Positions 1 through 12,654 of a stretch of 64,000 bases of DNA are shown here, in pieces. Every line of letters begins with the position of its first letter. Within the stretch, counting starts at the first letter, position 1. The DNA is from Octopus vulgaris. Lineage: Eukaryota. The position numbers were made by a program, and so were the translations under genes. A model generated the notes under the pieces. It was not told the origin of the DNA. It saw only the letters and a program-made list of their open reading frames with translations, and did not search any database. Location: assembly GCA_951406725.2 (NCBI GenBank), contig CATOCA020000002.1, positions 124,001 to 188,000 of the forward strand, given 5' to 3'.

Positions 1-960
1 GTTGAGGCTGAGGTATCTCTTGCATTACCTGGAGGGTGATAAGGTGTGGAATCTGCTGGCAGAGGAATTCTTTCCACGACGAGCCTCTTTGAAGCAATTT
101 AAACCTAGTTTCATTAAAAGATGTAATCTGACTGAATAGCAAAAGGAGTGTTGACAGGCACTCATGCTTATCCACAAGATGGGCAATGCCGGCAGTGGGA
201 ATATCACCTTAGTTTTGTAAAGAAGGCTGGTAGAGTACAAAAACGATGGCGCCCTAGGAAGGGCTCTGGGGTTCGATGAGAACCAACTTACCAACCTGTT
301 TGAAAAAACTTTCGGACCAGGGTAATTGGATATTTACCAAAAATCTCTGGCCTGGCAGTGCTACAGGAATGCTTTACCTGTTCATGATAAGTTATCCAGA
401 CACAGAATGTCAGTGCCAATAACGTGTCCAAGATGTGGGCTGGACGATGAAACCATCCAGCACATTTTTGGGAAGAGTACAGCTATTGGTGAAATCTATA
501 ATATAGATTGTATTACCAACTGGACTCTTGAAGGAAGGTGAGGTATGTCTTTTCTGTACAGTTGTTGTGCTGAAAGAATGTGTGTGGAAGACTAGAATGC
601 AAGGACTCATGACAGGATCCTTCATCTCTGGCCCTGGTTTGCTACAATTCTTCAGATATCATCTGAAGAGCAAGATAGGGCTGGAGAGGAGGATCCTGTC
701 GTGAAGTGTGTTTGAGGAAAGATGGAAGTCTGTGTTAAGAAATGTAGGTGCAAGTAACCCTACTTAATCTGCATTGGAAAAAAAAGGAAAGGAGTAGTTG
801 CTGGGCCTTTGAGGTAACCAGGCATAAACCTCTCCCCAAAAGGAAAAAGGCTATATATTAAAATTAATCATTTCATTAAAATTTTTAAATAAGGATCATT
901 TGAACTCATATTAACTTTTTGGCATGTGTTGTCCTGTGCTGTACCATCTATGTGTGACAT
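1..960 (+). mobile_element. Degenerate 3' fragment of a Tx1/L1-group LINE, diverged relative of the array elements
   Basis: Translates to YQKSLAWQCYRNALPVHDKL..CPRCG..ETIQH and WKTRMQGL..FISGPGL, matching the ORF2 C-terminus at 51878-55264. tgtgctgtaccatctatgt near 935-953 resembles the array 3' tail tgtattgtcccatctatgt. Confidence 0.85.
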
Positions 961-1003
961 TTATTGTCTTAACAAAAAATTCAGCTAGCAAGCCATGCTA
1001 CTC

Positions 1004-1042
1004 CAGACTGATGATGAGTAATGTCTCTGAAACTAGTCTCTG
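1004..1042 (+). ncRNA. Minimal type I hammerhead ribozyme-like motif
   Basis: caga-CTGATGA-tgagtaatgtctct-GAAAC-ta-GTC-tctg. Stem I is caga/tctg, the core is intact, stem III is the palindrome actagt, and the cleavage triplet is GUC. Confidence 0.6.
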
Positions 1043-1257
1043 AATGCTGGTTTTGCTGAGAGGAGGTGCTTATCTCCCCTTTGAAAATATAAGGACACAG
1101 GAAATGTATCAAGGCCAACATGAAACAGTATATCCTAGGGCTAAATAGCAGTAGCATTCTTCTCTTTCATGGGACTGCCACATTAATTTGGCAACATAAC
1201 ATCACCTTATATTTATATATATATATATAAATACACATATATACATTCGTTTATTTG

Positions 1258-1606
1258 TTTCAGTCATTTGACTGTGCCTTTAGTCAAAGAAACTGATGCC
1301 AGGACTTCTTCTTTGTAAGCCCAGTACTTATTTTATTGGTCTCTTTTGCCAATCTGCTAAGTTACCAGAATGTAAATACACCACCATTGATTGTCAAGCG
1401 ATGGTGGGGAGTGGGGAGACAAACAGAAACGCACAGTTAAATATATATATATATTTGATGGGATCTGAAAAGAATCCACTCACAAGGCTTTGGTCAGACC
1501 AAGGCTATAGTAGAAGACACTAGCTCAAGGTGCCATGTAGTGTGACTGAACCTGGAATCATATGGTTAGGAAATAAGCTCCTTACCACACAGGCACACCT
1601 GCGCCC
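1258..1606. mobile_element. Two SINE fragments; tRNA-derived head on the minus strand at ~1470-1606
   Basis: Minus strand reads ggcgcaggtgtgcctgtgtggtaagg..aggttcagtcac (A- and B-box-like). Related copies occur at ~11910-12190, 33398-33535 and 39020-39175. Confidence 0.65.
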
Positions 1607-1637
1607 ATATATACATATACATAAATATATATATATA

Positions 1638-2337
1638 AAACAAATATAAGGTCATCCACGTAATATTTTATATCTCGAACATTTAATCACATAATGCTTT
1701 TTCTTTCACATAGAATATACATGCATAAAGTCATGGAAGATGAAACACAACTCATCAATACAAGCATATAAGAAAAATATAAGAAAAATGTGTGAATACA
1801 GTCCATCGCGGTTAAAAGTTAATGATTAATACTTTAGCGACTAAAAAAAATATATATTTTTTAACATTACAACATCTAGAATAATAAATACATAAAAATA
1901 TAAATATATAGATATATAAAAAGATATAAAAATACATATATATAGGAAACATATAAATAAATAATATATAAGGTAAGATAAAAATTCATTGTTTAGAAAT
2001 TTTTTCGATTAAAAATTACTTTTCAAGATAAGGGAAACCTATTGTTAAAAGCCAGTGTCCAAGCAAAAAAGAAGAAACCATATTCTTTATATTTTTATGT
2101 ATTTATTATTCTAGATGTAATGTTAAAAAATATTTTTTTTTTTAGTAGCTAAAGTATTAATCATTAACTTTTAACCGCGATGGACTGTATTCACACATTT
2201 TTCTTATATACTTGTATTGATGAATTGTGTTTCATCTTCCGTGATTTTATACATGTATATTCTATGTGAAAGAAAAAGCATTATGTGATTAAATGTTCGA
2301 GATATGAAATGTTATGTGGATGACCTTATATTTGTTT
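1638..2337. repeat. Fold-back inverted repeat, ~260-bp arms (1638-1904 / 2086-2337)
   Basis: aaacaaatataaggtcatccac.. is the reverse complement of ..gtggatgaccttatatttgttt. Pairing continues along the arms with few mismatches. Confidence 0.9.
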
Positions 2338-2559
2338 GTTCTGCAACCATAGTTTAATACATTTGTCTCATTTAATTGAGCACTTCTATAGCAGCCCTAT
2401 TAAACATTTTGTTCCAGATAAGAAACAATCACTTTATTATTGATATATATATGTACATGTATATATATACCTATACATAAATATATATATATATATATAC
2501 ATAAATATATATATGTACATACATACACATATATACATACATATATATATGTATATTCC

Positions 2560-4092
2560 AGGTAGAGGTAGGCGTCAACCAAGGTTCAGTCCTCAGCCCC
2601 CTCCTATTTATTATAGTCCTCCAGGCAATAATGGAGGAATTCAAGACAGGATGCCCCTGGGAGCTCCTCTATGCTGATGACCTTGCTCTAATTGCTGAGT
2701 CACTGAGTCACTGGGGGAGAAGTTTCAGGTGTGGAAGCAAGGATTAGAATTGAAAGTCAACCTAGCTAAGCCTTCAAGTAGATGGCCCTGTTTGATCTGT
2801 AGAAAAGGTGTAGGTAGAAACTCTATAAGATGCACCAAGTGTAAGCTATGGACACATAAGGGGTGCAGCAATGTCAAAGGAAGGTTAACTAGGAAGATAG
2901 TTTTTGTATGTGGCAGATGCTCAGGAGCAATAAACACTGAAAATGTTCTGAGACCAACTTCCAGGGAGAAAAACTAGAAATAGTGTATAGGTTCCGTTAC
3001 CTAGGTGACCAAGTCAGTACCGGGGGCAGGTGTGTTGAAAGTGTAACTGCTAGAGTAAGAATAGCCTGGGCAAAGTTCAGAGAGCTCTTACCTCTGCTAG
3101 GGACAAAAGGTCTCTCGCTCAGAGTAAAAGGCAGACTGTATGACGCATGTGTATGAACAGCCATGTTACATGGCAGTGAAACATGGGCCGTGACTGCTGA
3201 GGATATGCGTAAGCTCGCAAGAAATGAAACCAGTATGCTCCAATGGATGTGTAATGTCAGTGTTCATACTCGACAGAGTGTAAGTACCTTGAGAGAAAAG
3301 TTGGACCTAAGAAGCATCAGTTGTGGTGTGCAAGAGAGACGTTTGCGCTGGTATGGTCATGTGGTGAGAATAGATGAAGATAGTTGTGTGAAAAAGTGCC
3401 ACACCCTAGCGGTTGAGGGAACCTGTGGAAGAGGCAGACCCAGGAAAACCTGGGACGAGGTGGTGAAGCACTACCTTCAAACTTTAGGTCTCAACGAGGA
3501 AATGACTAGAGACCGAGATGTTTGGAAGTATGCTGTGCGTGAGAAGACCCGGCAGGACAAGTGAGACCATAACCCATGGCCTCAGTCCACTTATGCATAC
3601 CTTTCCTTCTTGGGACACAAAACTCTACTTGTGAAGACCTGTTGAGGCAAGTGAAAATCAAAATCAAAATCGATCAACATCAATGGAAATTGTAGCTGTG
3701 ATACCCGTGCCAGTGGCATATAAGAGAACCATCTGAACGTGACTGTTGCCAGCACCGCCTTGACTTGCCTCCGTGCCGGTGGCATGTAAAAAGCACCATC
3801 CAATCGTGGCCATTGCCAGCCCCACCTGGCCTCCGTGCCGGTGGCATGTAAAAAGCACCATCCGATCATGGCCGTTTACCAGCCTCGTCTGGCACCTGTG
3901 CCGGTGACATGTAAAAAGCACCCACTACACTCATGGAGTGATTGGTGTTAGGAAGGGCATCCAGCTGTAGAAACATTGCCAGATCAGACTGGGCCTGGTG
4001 CAACCTTCTGGCTTCCCAGACCCCAGTTGAACTGTCCAACCCATGCCAGCATGGAAAGTGGACGCTAAACGATGATGATGATGATGATGATG
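2560..4092 (+). mobile_element. 5'-truncated RTE-clade LINE with ~58-bp tandem repeats in the 3' UTR and a (GAT)n tail
   Basis: QGSVLSPLLF, LLYADDL, LHGSETW, RRLRWYGHV and GRGRPRKTW motifs; short-repeat tail typical of RTE. Confidence 0.9.
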
Positions 4093-4129
4093 ATATATAT
4101 ATATATATATATACATATACAAGTTTAAG

Positions 4130-5380
4130 TTTAACAATAAACTATATAAACAGATGAAAAGCGGTGCTATTGGAGTAGGGATCACCGGTGATGTTTCTAA
4201 CCTCTTCATGGTATGGTGGAACAGATATTTTAAACAGTGCCTAGCGACCCATAACATCCACTTAGCTATGTACTCTCAATACGTTGATGACATTAACCTT
4301 GTCATGAAATGTAATAGTAATACAGATATAGACACTCTATTAAATGAAGAACAGGTGATGACAGCTATACAACACATAGCTGACTCTATCCATAGCAGTA
4401 TAAAGGTTACCGTAGACTATCCCTCTAAACAACCCAGTAATAGATTACCTGTCCTAGATACTGAGCTGTGGATAGAAAAGACTATGGTTAACAGAAATGT
4501 TAAACCCTGTTTACTCCACTCACACTTTTGTTAACCTATGGCTAATCCACTGGTAATCCGTAGTAACTCAGTGATGTTGAGTACTACAAAGATCAACATC
4601 CTCATGGCAGAGTTAGAGTAATGAGGATGTATCCCCACTATGCCAACCACACATCCAGCACTACATATTCTGAATGCAACATTCTGGATACACACAGTAT
4701 GATAGAATCAGAGTGTATAAAGGAGTGAAAACAAGATTCAAATGCATTCTAAAAGATATAGTTGCCTCCTATATCGCAACAAGTTCTGGAATAGGTTAGA
4801 GAGGGACATGAACAAAAGAAATAAAAACAATAGTTGGTATGATAACAAGAAATTTCACAGTGTAATGTTTGTTGACGCGACACCTAAGAACGAATTAAGT
4901 AAGGCATTCAAGAAAATCCTGCACACAACTGGCCTTAACATCAAAGTTGTAGAAAAGACAGGTAGGACTATCAAATCTGTATTATGTAGATCATATCCAT
5001 TTGATTGAATCACGTGTCAAAATAATTGTGCAGTATGTTCTACAAACCCACATGTGAACTGCAAAACCAAGAGCACTGTATACCAGATTAAGTGCCAAGA
5101 AGGAGCTTGCACAGCTAACCCAGAGTCATACATTGATGAGACTTCTAGGAGTATCAATGAGAGGTTCAAAGAACACCTAGACAACTACATTGAAAAGAAA
5201 CCAAACTCCATCTTCTATCAGCATGCTGTAGACTGTCACAAGGGCTCCTTAGGGAGACTAAAGTTAAACATCTAATCCACTGATCCAATGCTGAGACAAG
5301 TCACTGAAGCTGTCTGTATACAAGAATACAAACCCACTCTCAACCATAAATCCGAATGGGGTAACATCCAGGTTACTGTT
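4130..5380 (+). mobile_element. Decayed Penelope-like element (RT + GIY-YIG endonuclease)
   Basis: GAIGVGITG..YSQYVDDI..LPVLD RT motifs, then VYQIKC..YIDETSRSINERFKEH. Several frameshifts. Confidence 0.85.
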
Positions 5381-5884
5381 AGACGGTGGTGAGAGGGACA
5401 AATGCACACATATGTGTGTGTGTCTATATACATGTATATGTGTGTGTATACAACCTTCTATAGCCACCCCTCTCTCTCATTTACATGTGGAAATCCATAC
5501 ATACATGTTGAAATGTATATAACCGTATGAACGTACATAGTTTGATACATATGTACGTATGTATGTGTGTACATGTGCGTATGTGTTGTGTATGTTAGTG
5601 TATGAGTATGTACATGTATGCACATATGAGCATGTGTAGATATATGTATTTATTGTATATGTATGCGTGTAAAAAAAAATTTTTTTAAGAATGAAAAGAA
5701 TAAAATAAAGCAAATTTGAATTTTAACCATTGTCCTTGAAAATAGTGTCATATATATATATATATGTGTAGAGATGGATAAGCATATATGTGTGTATACT
5801 TTAAGATTATACGTATATTTGTGAGTGTGTGTAAGTGTCTATATGATTGTGTGTACTTGTATATATGTATAAGTAAAGTTATAT

Positions 5885-6938
5885 GTGCCGTGACTGCTGA
5901 GGACATGCATAAGCTCATGAGGAATGAAGCCAGTATGCTCCGATGGATGTGTAATGTCAGTGTACTTACTCGACAGAGTGTTAGTTCCCTAAGAGAAATG
6001 TTGTACCTAAGAAGCATCAGTTGTTGCGTGCAAGAGAGACGATTGCGATGGTATGGTCATGTGGCGAGAATGGATGAAGATAGGTGTGTGAGAAAGTGCC
6101 AATCCCTAGCAGTTGAGGGAACCCGTAGAAGAGGTAGACCCAGGAAAACCTGGGACGAGGTGGTGAAGCACGACCTTCGAACATTAGGTCTCACCATGGA
6201 AATGACCAGAGACCGAGACCTATGGAAGTATGCTGTGCGTCAGAAGACCCGGCAAGACTAGTGAAGCCATAACCCGTGGCCCCTACCTGGGACGTAGTCA
6301 GTCCGCCTGTGCATACCTTCCTGCTTGTGACACTTGTGAAGACCTGTTGAGGCAAGTCAAATCAAAGTCAAATCGAATCAAGTCAAACCAAATCAAAATA
6401 GATGAACATCAATGGAATTTGTATCCTTGTGGTACCAGTGCCGGTGGCACATTAGAAAACCATCCGAACGGGACCGTAGCCAGTACCGCATCGACTGGCC
6501 TCCGTGCTGTGGGCACGTAACAAACACCGTCCGAGCGTGGCCGTCTGCCAGCCTCGTCTGGCACCTGTGTTGGTGGCACATAAAAACACCATCCGAGCGT
6601 GGCCGTCTGCCAGCCTCGTCTGGCACCTGTGTCGGTGGCACATAAAAACACCATCCGAGCGTGGCCGTCTGCCAGCCTCGTCTGGCACCTGTGTCGGTGG
6701 CACATAAAAACACCATCCGAGCGTGGCCGTTCGCCAGCCTCGTCTGGCACCTGTGTCGGTGGCACATAAAATCACCCACTACACTCTCGGAGTTGTTGGC
6801 GTTAGGAAGGGCATCCAGCTGTAGAAACACTGCCAGATCTGACTGGCCTGGTGCAGCCTTCGGGCTCCCCAGACCCCAGTTGAACCGTCCAACCCATGCT
6901 AGCATGGAAAGCGGACGTTAAACGATGATGATGATGAT
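5885..6938 (+). mobile_element. RTE LINE 3' fragment with ~59-bp tandem repeats (~6465-6770) and a (GAT)n tail
   Basis: AVTAEDM..RLRWYGHVARM..GRPRKTWDEVV. The unit ccatccgagcgtggccgtctgccagcctcgtctggcacctgtgtcggtggcacataaaaaca is repeated. Confidence 0.9.
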
Positions 6939-7076
6939 ATATATATATATATATATATACAGGGCACTGTGAATATATTATTTGTCTAAATTAGGGAAAA
7001 ATGAAAATAATACTAACATCTCATTTTAACAGATGTATTTACCAAAATTACATAAAAATGTTTTGAAATACTAAAA

Positions 7077-10000
7077 CAGTGATTCTCAACCAGTGTGTCA
7101 TGAGTCCTTCCTAAGTGTGCCATGAAATTTTGAATGACACACTGCATCACATAGCTTTGTTCATTTAGGGATGAGCGAAATGCATCCAAATGTCACAATG
7201 CTAAAAATTCTATATCTTTTATTGTTTCATTCATCATTTAGTATTGATCATATGAATGGATATTGGTTAATACTTGTTTTAAGGTGGGACCCCCCACAAC
7301 TGAAAGAAAAAAATTTATTATATTATGCATCTCTTTTTCACTTTTGTGGTAGAATCTACCTATAAAACTGAGACAAATTATATATTTCTTTTTCATCTAG
7401 TCCTAATTTTTGCTGAGATATGAAAACCAAAAGCGAGTAATTTTCAGAGTTCTTTTGAGAAAATTCAAATGAGCTATGAAGATGATTTTTACATTTTTAG
7501 AATCAGAAAACCAGTCATTGTAGGGTAATAAAACCTTTTTTTTTATATTTTGGAAAAAAAATTATCATTAGTGTGCTGGAGAGTAAAAAAAACTGAAAAA
7601 AATCATATTTTTTGGGATATAAATGACTATAACATTTTTTCAAGGGAGAATTTTTATTAAAAATTCTGTCATGGTGAAGCTACTATTATAAGGAAGGCCT
7701 CCTCAAAATTTCAAGCAAATCTATCAAATAGATTTTCTGGGAAAGAGCTTTGAAATTCTGAGAAGTACCCATTTTGAGAAAATTGCCTGTAAAGATTAGT
7801 AACACAAATGCCAGCTTCCACCTTTGTTTTGGAACAATCTATGGATGATTCCGATGATTTAGCTCAGAATTCTCTGGTTCATGTTACTTAATGAGTCCAT
7901 GTTAGCTTCCCTTTACATATACTCTATATGCCATAATTTCCTAATTTTCTGGTGTTGTCAGTGCTCAAACATTGACCATTTTTGTGCGTAATACATTGAA
8001 AATTGATGATTTCCATCTAGACATGGTCTCATAAGACATCAATTTTAGGTAGGAAGACATATTTTTATTGTTCTGCTGTGTTTGTACATGAAAGAGAAGG
8101 CTTTGTCGGACCAAAAGACACTGTTATCTCAGTATAGACAATCCTACCCAAAACTATCATATTGATATTTCATGACCCTTCACAATGGACAAATATTTGA
8201 AAAGGAAAGATATTAGTGATGAGTCTAAGTTCAGAGGTGAACAACCATCAACCTCTATTATCAAAAAGAAAAATATTAATTGACAATATTGTGAAAATTA
8301 TTTGAAATTTGGATATCATTGGTCTGGTGACATTGACAAACCAAGTCCATCATGCATAGTGTGTAGTGAAATGATGTCAAATGAATCCATGGTACCAAGT
8401 AAGTTAGAAAGACATTTTAATTCAAAACATTCATCTCTGAAAGATAAAAAGCTTGATTACTTTCAATGACTGTTAGAGCAGAACTCAAAACAGCAAAGAT
8501 ATTTTGAGAAAATAACGACCGTGTCTGTACAGGCCCAACTAGTGTCAATTCAGATGGCTGAAATAATAGCATTAGCATCTAAATCCCTCACGCTTGCTGA
8601 GTCAGTCATCCTCCCAGCTTGCAAAAAGATGGTAAAATCCATGTTTGGTGAAAAGGTTGAGAAGAAATTGAACAGTATCCTACTTTCAAATGATACAATA
8701 AGTAGAAGAATCCTAGAAATGTCAGAAAATGTTGAAGACAATGTTCAGAAAAAGCTTAAGAATTCTAATTTTGCTTTAACCATGGATGAATCAACTGACA
8801 TCAGTAATAAAAGTCAATTGCTTGCATTTGTACGTTTTATTGATGAGAATGAAATAATCAATCAATTTTTGTGCTGTAAAGAAATGTCCACAACTACAAG
8901 AGGTCAAGATATTTTTGAGGTAACAGGCTACCTCAAAGAAATAAATTTGTCTTGGAGGTCCTGTGTTGGCATTTGCACCGATGGAGACCCATGCATGACA
9001 GGCTGTATTAAAGGATTTGTATCCTTCATAGAAAAAGAAAATCCAGATCTCATTGCTTTCTACATAGAGAAGTTCTTGTTTCAAAAATATTGATGGAAGA
9101 TTTAAAGGTTGTGTTACATCAAGTTGTTGGAATGGTCAATTATATAAAAAGTAGGCCATTAAAGTCACGATTATTTGAACAACTGTGCAAAGAGATGGAC
9201 TCGCAGCATGTTAAGTTATTAATGTACACAGAGGTTCACTGGCTGTCGAACAGCAAAGTACTAAATCGTGTTCACGAAGTGCACAAGGAATTACTATCAT
9301 TTTTTTCTCCAGAAAAAGGAGAAATTCTGTGAAAACCTTAGTTGTGAATTTTGGATGTCTAAAATGGAATACCGAGTAGAAATATTTAGTGAACTAAATA
9401 TAACAAACAGTAATATGCAAGGTAAAAACGAAAATATTCTCACTTCAACAGACAAGTTACTTGCCCTCAAAAAGAAAATTGTCATTTGGTAAAAAAGAGC
9501 AATCACTGGCAATCTTGATATGTTCCCTTTATTGCGTTCTACCTGCATTAGAGAAGTGATCCCCACTGTGGTTACTCATCTGACAGCCCTGGACGAAAGC
9601 ATCAACAATTACTTTGCGTCATTAAAGACAGAAAAGTATGATTGGATTAGAGATCTTTTCACAAATCATTCTTCCAACACTTACAGGAGGAAGAATTGGC
9701 CACCCTTTCTAGTGACCGAGGGTTAAAATTAAAATATTCAACACTGCCCATTGATTCATTTTGGATTTCAATTCAAGAGGAGTATCTTATATTATGTAAT
9801 AGAGCTTTAGCAATTTTATTACAATTTTCAACTTCTTATATATGTGAATTAGGCTTCTCACTATTAAACCACATGAAAAACAAGAAGTGTGAGAGATTAC
9901 ATACAATGGAAGAAGAAATGAGGGTATGTCTGTTTCATATTCGACCAAACATTGAGAAAATTATGAATAAAAGCCAGGCACAAATTTCTCACTAAAGAAG

Positions 10001-10240
10001 CCGGATGAAATTTGAAACACTGCAATAAAGTAAGTTCATAGCTGTATTTTTCTTTCTTTAGTTTGAGTCATTCTATGTGTCTATGACTAGTCTGTGTCTA
10101 CGGTTGTATGCCATCTATGACTTGCCATGTTTTTATTTTGTAAAATTCAAAGATTTTTCATATATATTTAGCCAAGTGTGCCGCTATTTTTTCATGTGTT
10201 CCAAGATGTGCCATTGGCAAAAAAAGGTTGAGAACCATTG
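7077..10240 (+). mobile_element. Buster/Charlie-type hAT DNA transposon with both termini
   Basis: Terminal inverted repeats cagtgattctcaacc / ggttgagaaccattg. 8-bp duplication tactaaaa (7069-7076) / tactaaag (10241-10248) fits NNNTANNN. Confidence 0.9.
8185..9995 (+). pseudogene. Buster-family (ZBED5/ZBED8-like) transposase, broken by stops and frameshifts
   Basis: BED finger CIVC..KLERHFNSKH, then LSNDTISRRI, DESTD, CTDG and SYICELGFS. Confidence 0.9.
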
Positions 10241-10975
10241 TACTAAAGAGTAAATTTATTCAATAAAATCACCATTGGTTTCAACCATGGCATCCAGACA
10301 ACTTAGGAATCTCCTGCAACTCTTCTGGATGGTCTCCTTGTTTAAGCTGGTGAATGCTGCCGTAATCCTTGCCTTCACTTCATCTTTGATGTTACAAGGA
10401 GTTTTGTTGGTCTCTCACTCAAATGTGCCCCACACACAATAATGTAGGGGGCTACAGTCTGGAGAGTTAGGTGGCTGGATGTTAGGGGTTATGTGGTTAC
10501 AGAAATTGTCTGACAGCCATGACTGGGTTCTCCTGCCTGTATGGCATGGTGCAAGACATAAGGTCTTCTAGCAGCCACCCTCTTGACACAGGGCAGCACT
10601 ACCTCCTCTAGGAACTTGATGTAGGCCTCCATGTTGAGTCTGTGGCCATGTGGGAAGATGAAAGGATGCATAACATCACTAGTGATCACTTCAAACACTA
10701 TAATGTTGACTGGGTGTTTGATTTTTATCACTCTCAGGGCATGTTTTGGAGAAATGGCAAGCCAATGGTTCTTGTGTGCTCACCATCTGTTCATATTGGA
10801 GCTTCTGGTGTGAATGCCAAGCAGCACAGCATGTTATTTTCAAATTCCTGAGAGAATGAATTGTGTCATGGTGCTGTTTTTCTCACTATGTTGCATAGTA
10901 GACAAACTCAAATACAAACAATGCACATGCATAATATGGTGACAATTTACCCATTGCATCTTATGTATGTATGTG

Positions 10976-11002
<27 letters not shown>

Positions 11003-11006
<4 letters not shown>

Positions 11007-11125
11007 TATCCTCAGTGGGTTGGATTCACAACCCCTTTCTTGGAGTTATAGTTATATATATATATATATATATAACTATAACTCCAAGAAAGGGGTTGTG
11101 AATCCAACCCACTGAGGGATAATAT
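11003..11125. repeat. Near-perfect fold-back palindrome centred on (TA)n
   Basis: ctcagtgggttggattcacaacccctttcttggagttatagtta-(ta)n-taactataactccaagaaaggggttgtgaatccaacccactgag. Confidence 0.95.
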
Positions 11126-11287
11126 CTATCCAATATACTGCTGGTAGAATACAAGAGTGTTTTTTATTACATTATATATATATATATATGTTCACACACA
11201 CATATATATATACATACACACATATATATACATATACATACCTCTATATATACACACAACATATTATATACATAGTTATATACATTG

Positions 11288-11784
11288 TGACCTCCTTCGG
11301 TCATGAATGACCATGGGATTGCACCTAGAAACTTACCCTCCGAGGTACAAGTCTGGACAAGGTTGTTTATGGAAGACCAGCAGTTGCCCACGCATACCAG
11401 CCTCCCCTCTCCACACCACCGATGTTATCCAAGGGAAAGGCAAAGGCCAATACAACTTGGCACCAGTGACATCGCAGCTCATTTATTAACATGCAAATGG
11501 CAGAGCACTCCACAGACACATGTACCCTTAACGTAGTTCTTGGGGAGATTCAGCATGACACGGCTGGCCCTTTGAAATACAGATACAACAGAAACAGGAA
11601 GAAAGAGTGAGAGAAAGTTGTGGTGAAAGAGTACAGTAGGGTTCACCACCACCTCCTGCTGGAGCCTCGTGGAGCTTTAGGTGTTTTTGCTCAATGAACA
11701 CTCACAATGCCCGGTCTGGGAATCAAAACCGTGATCCTACGACTGTGGGTCCGCTGCCCTAACCACTGGGCCATTGCGCCTCCA
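11288..11784 (-). mobile_element. tRNA-derived SINE
   Basis: Minus-strand head tggaggcgcaaTGGCCCAGTGGttagg..GGTTTTGATTCCc carries A- and B-box-like motifs. Confidence 0.75.
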
Positions 11785-11804
11785 TAGTTATATAGATATG
11801 TATG

Positions 11805-11855
<51 letters not shown>

Positions 11856-12200
11856 TAGCAAAGATACCTGGCATTGCTTGGGATTAAAATGGCATAGATC
11901 TTTGTTTCGTTTTAGTCATGTGATTGCGACCATGCTGGAGCACTGCCTTTAGTCGAACAAATCAAACCCAGGATTTATTTTTTCTCAGCCTAGTAGTTAC
12001 TCTATAAGTGTCTTTTGCCAAACCAGTAAGTTATGGGGACATAAATAATACAGCAACACCGGCTGTCAACTGATGGGTGGGATACAAACAGAGAGACATA
12101 CACACACATAAATATACACATGTATATACAACAGTCTTCTTTCAGTTTCCGGGTATAGAATCCACTCACAGGATTTTGGGTGGCTTGAGGGTATAGATAG

Positions 12201-12213
12201 ATGGATATATACA

Positions 12214-12251
<38 letters not shown>

Positions 12252-12610
12252 TATATACATATATAGATAGATACATATATATATACATGTATAGATATAT
12301 ACATGTATATATAGATGTATATAATTATATGTATATATATACATATACACACACACACACATCTACATATGTATACACACACATATATATATACACACAT
12401 ATACATATACACACATATATATATATCTATGTATACATATATATATGTATATATATATATATAATATATATATATATACACATGTAAATATATACACACA
12501 TATCTACATATACACATATATAAATATACACACACACACATACACATGTATATATATATATATATACACACACACATATATACATATACACACATATATA
12601 TATATCTATG

Positions 12611-12646
<36 letters not shown>
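12201..12646. repeat. Compound (TA)/(CA) microsatellite
   Basis: Directly visible. It generates the spurious YI-rich ORFs. Similar tracts occur at 15245-15420, 16485-16657 and 26077-26126. Confidence 0.95.
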
Positions 12647-12649
<3 letters not shown>

Positions 12650-12654
12650 AATCT

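Larger units (their letters stand above)
6959..10940 (-). mobile_element. Decayed Tc1/mariner transposon interrupted by the hAT element (parts 6959-7076 and 10241-~10940)
   Basis: Minus strand near 10430-10480 reads PPNSPDCSPL..VWG, like the WPPxSPDLNP motif. The sequence continues across the hAT target-site duplication. Outer ends are approximate. Confidence 0.7.

Noticed and set aside
6465-6770. Regular ~59-bp repeats resembling a CRISPR array (also 3730-3920 and 25224-25540)
   Set aside because: Contiguous tandem units without unique spacers, located in RTE 3' UTRs, with no cas genes.
8185-9995. Domesticated ZBED5/ZBED8-like host gene
   Set aside because: Multiple stops and frameshifts, and it lies within terminal inverted repeats and a target-site duplication.
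11700-11784. tRNA gene
   Set aside because: Degenerate B box and continuation into a SINE body; it is a SINE head.
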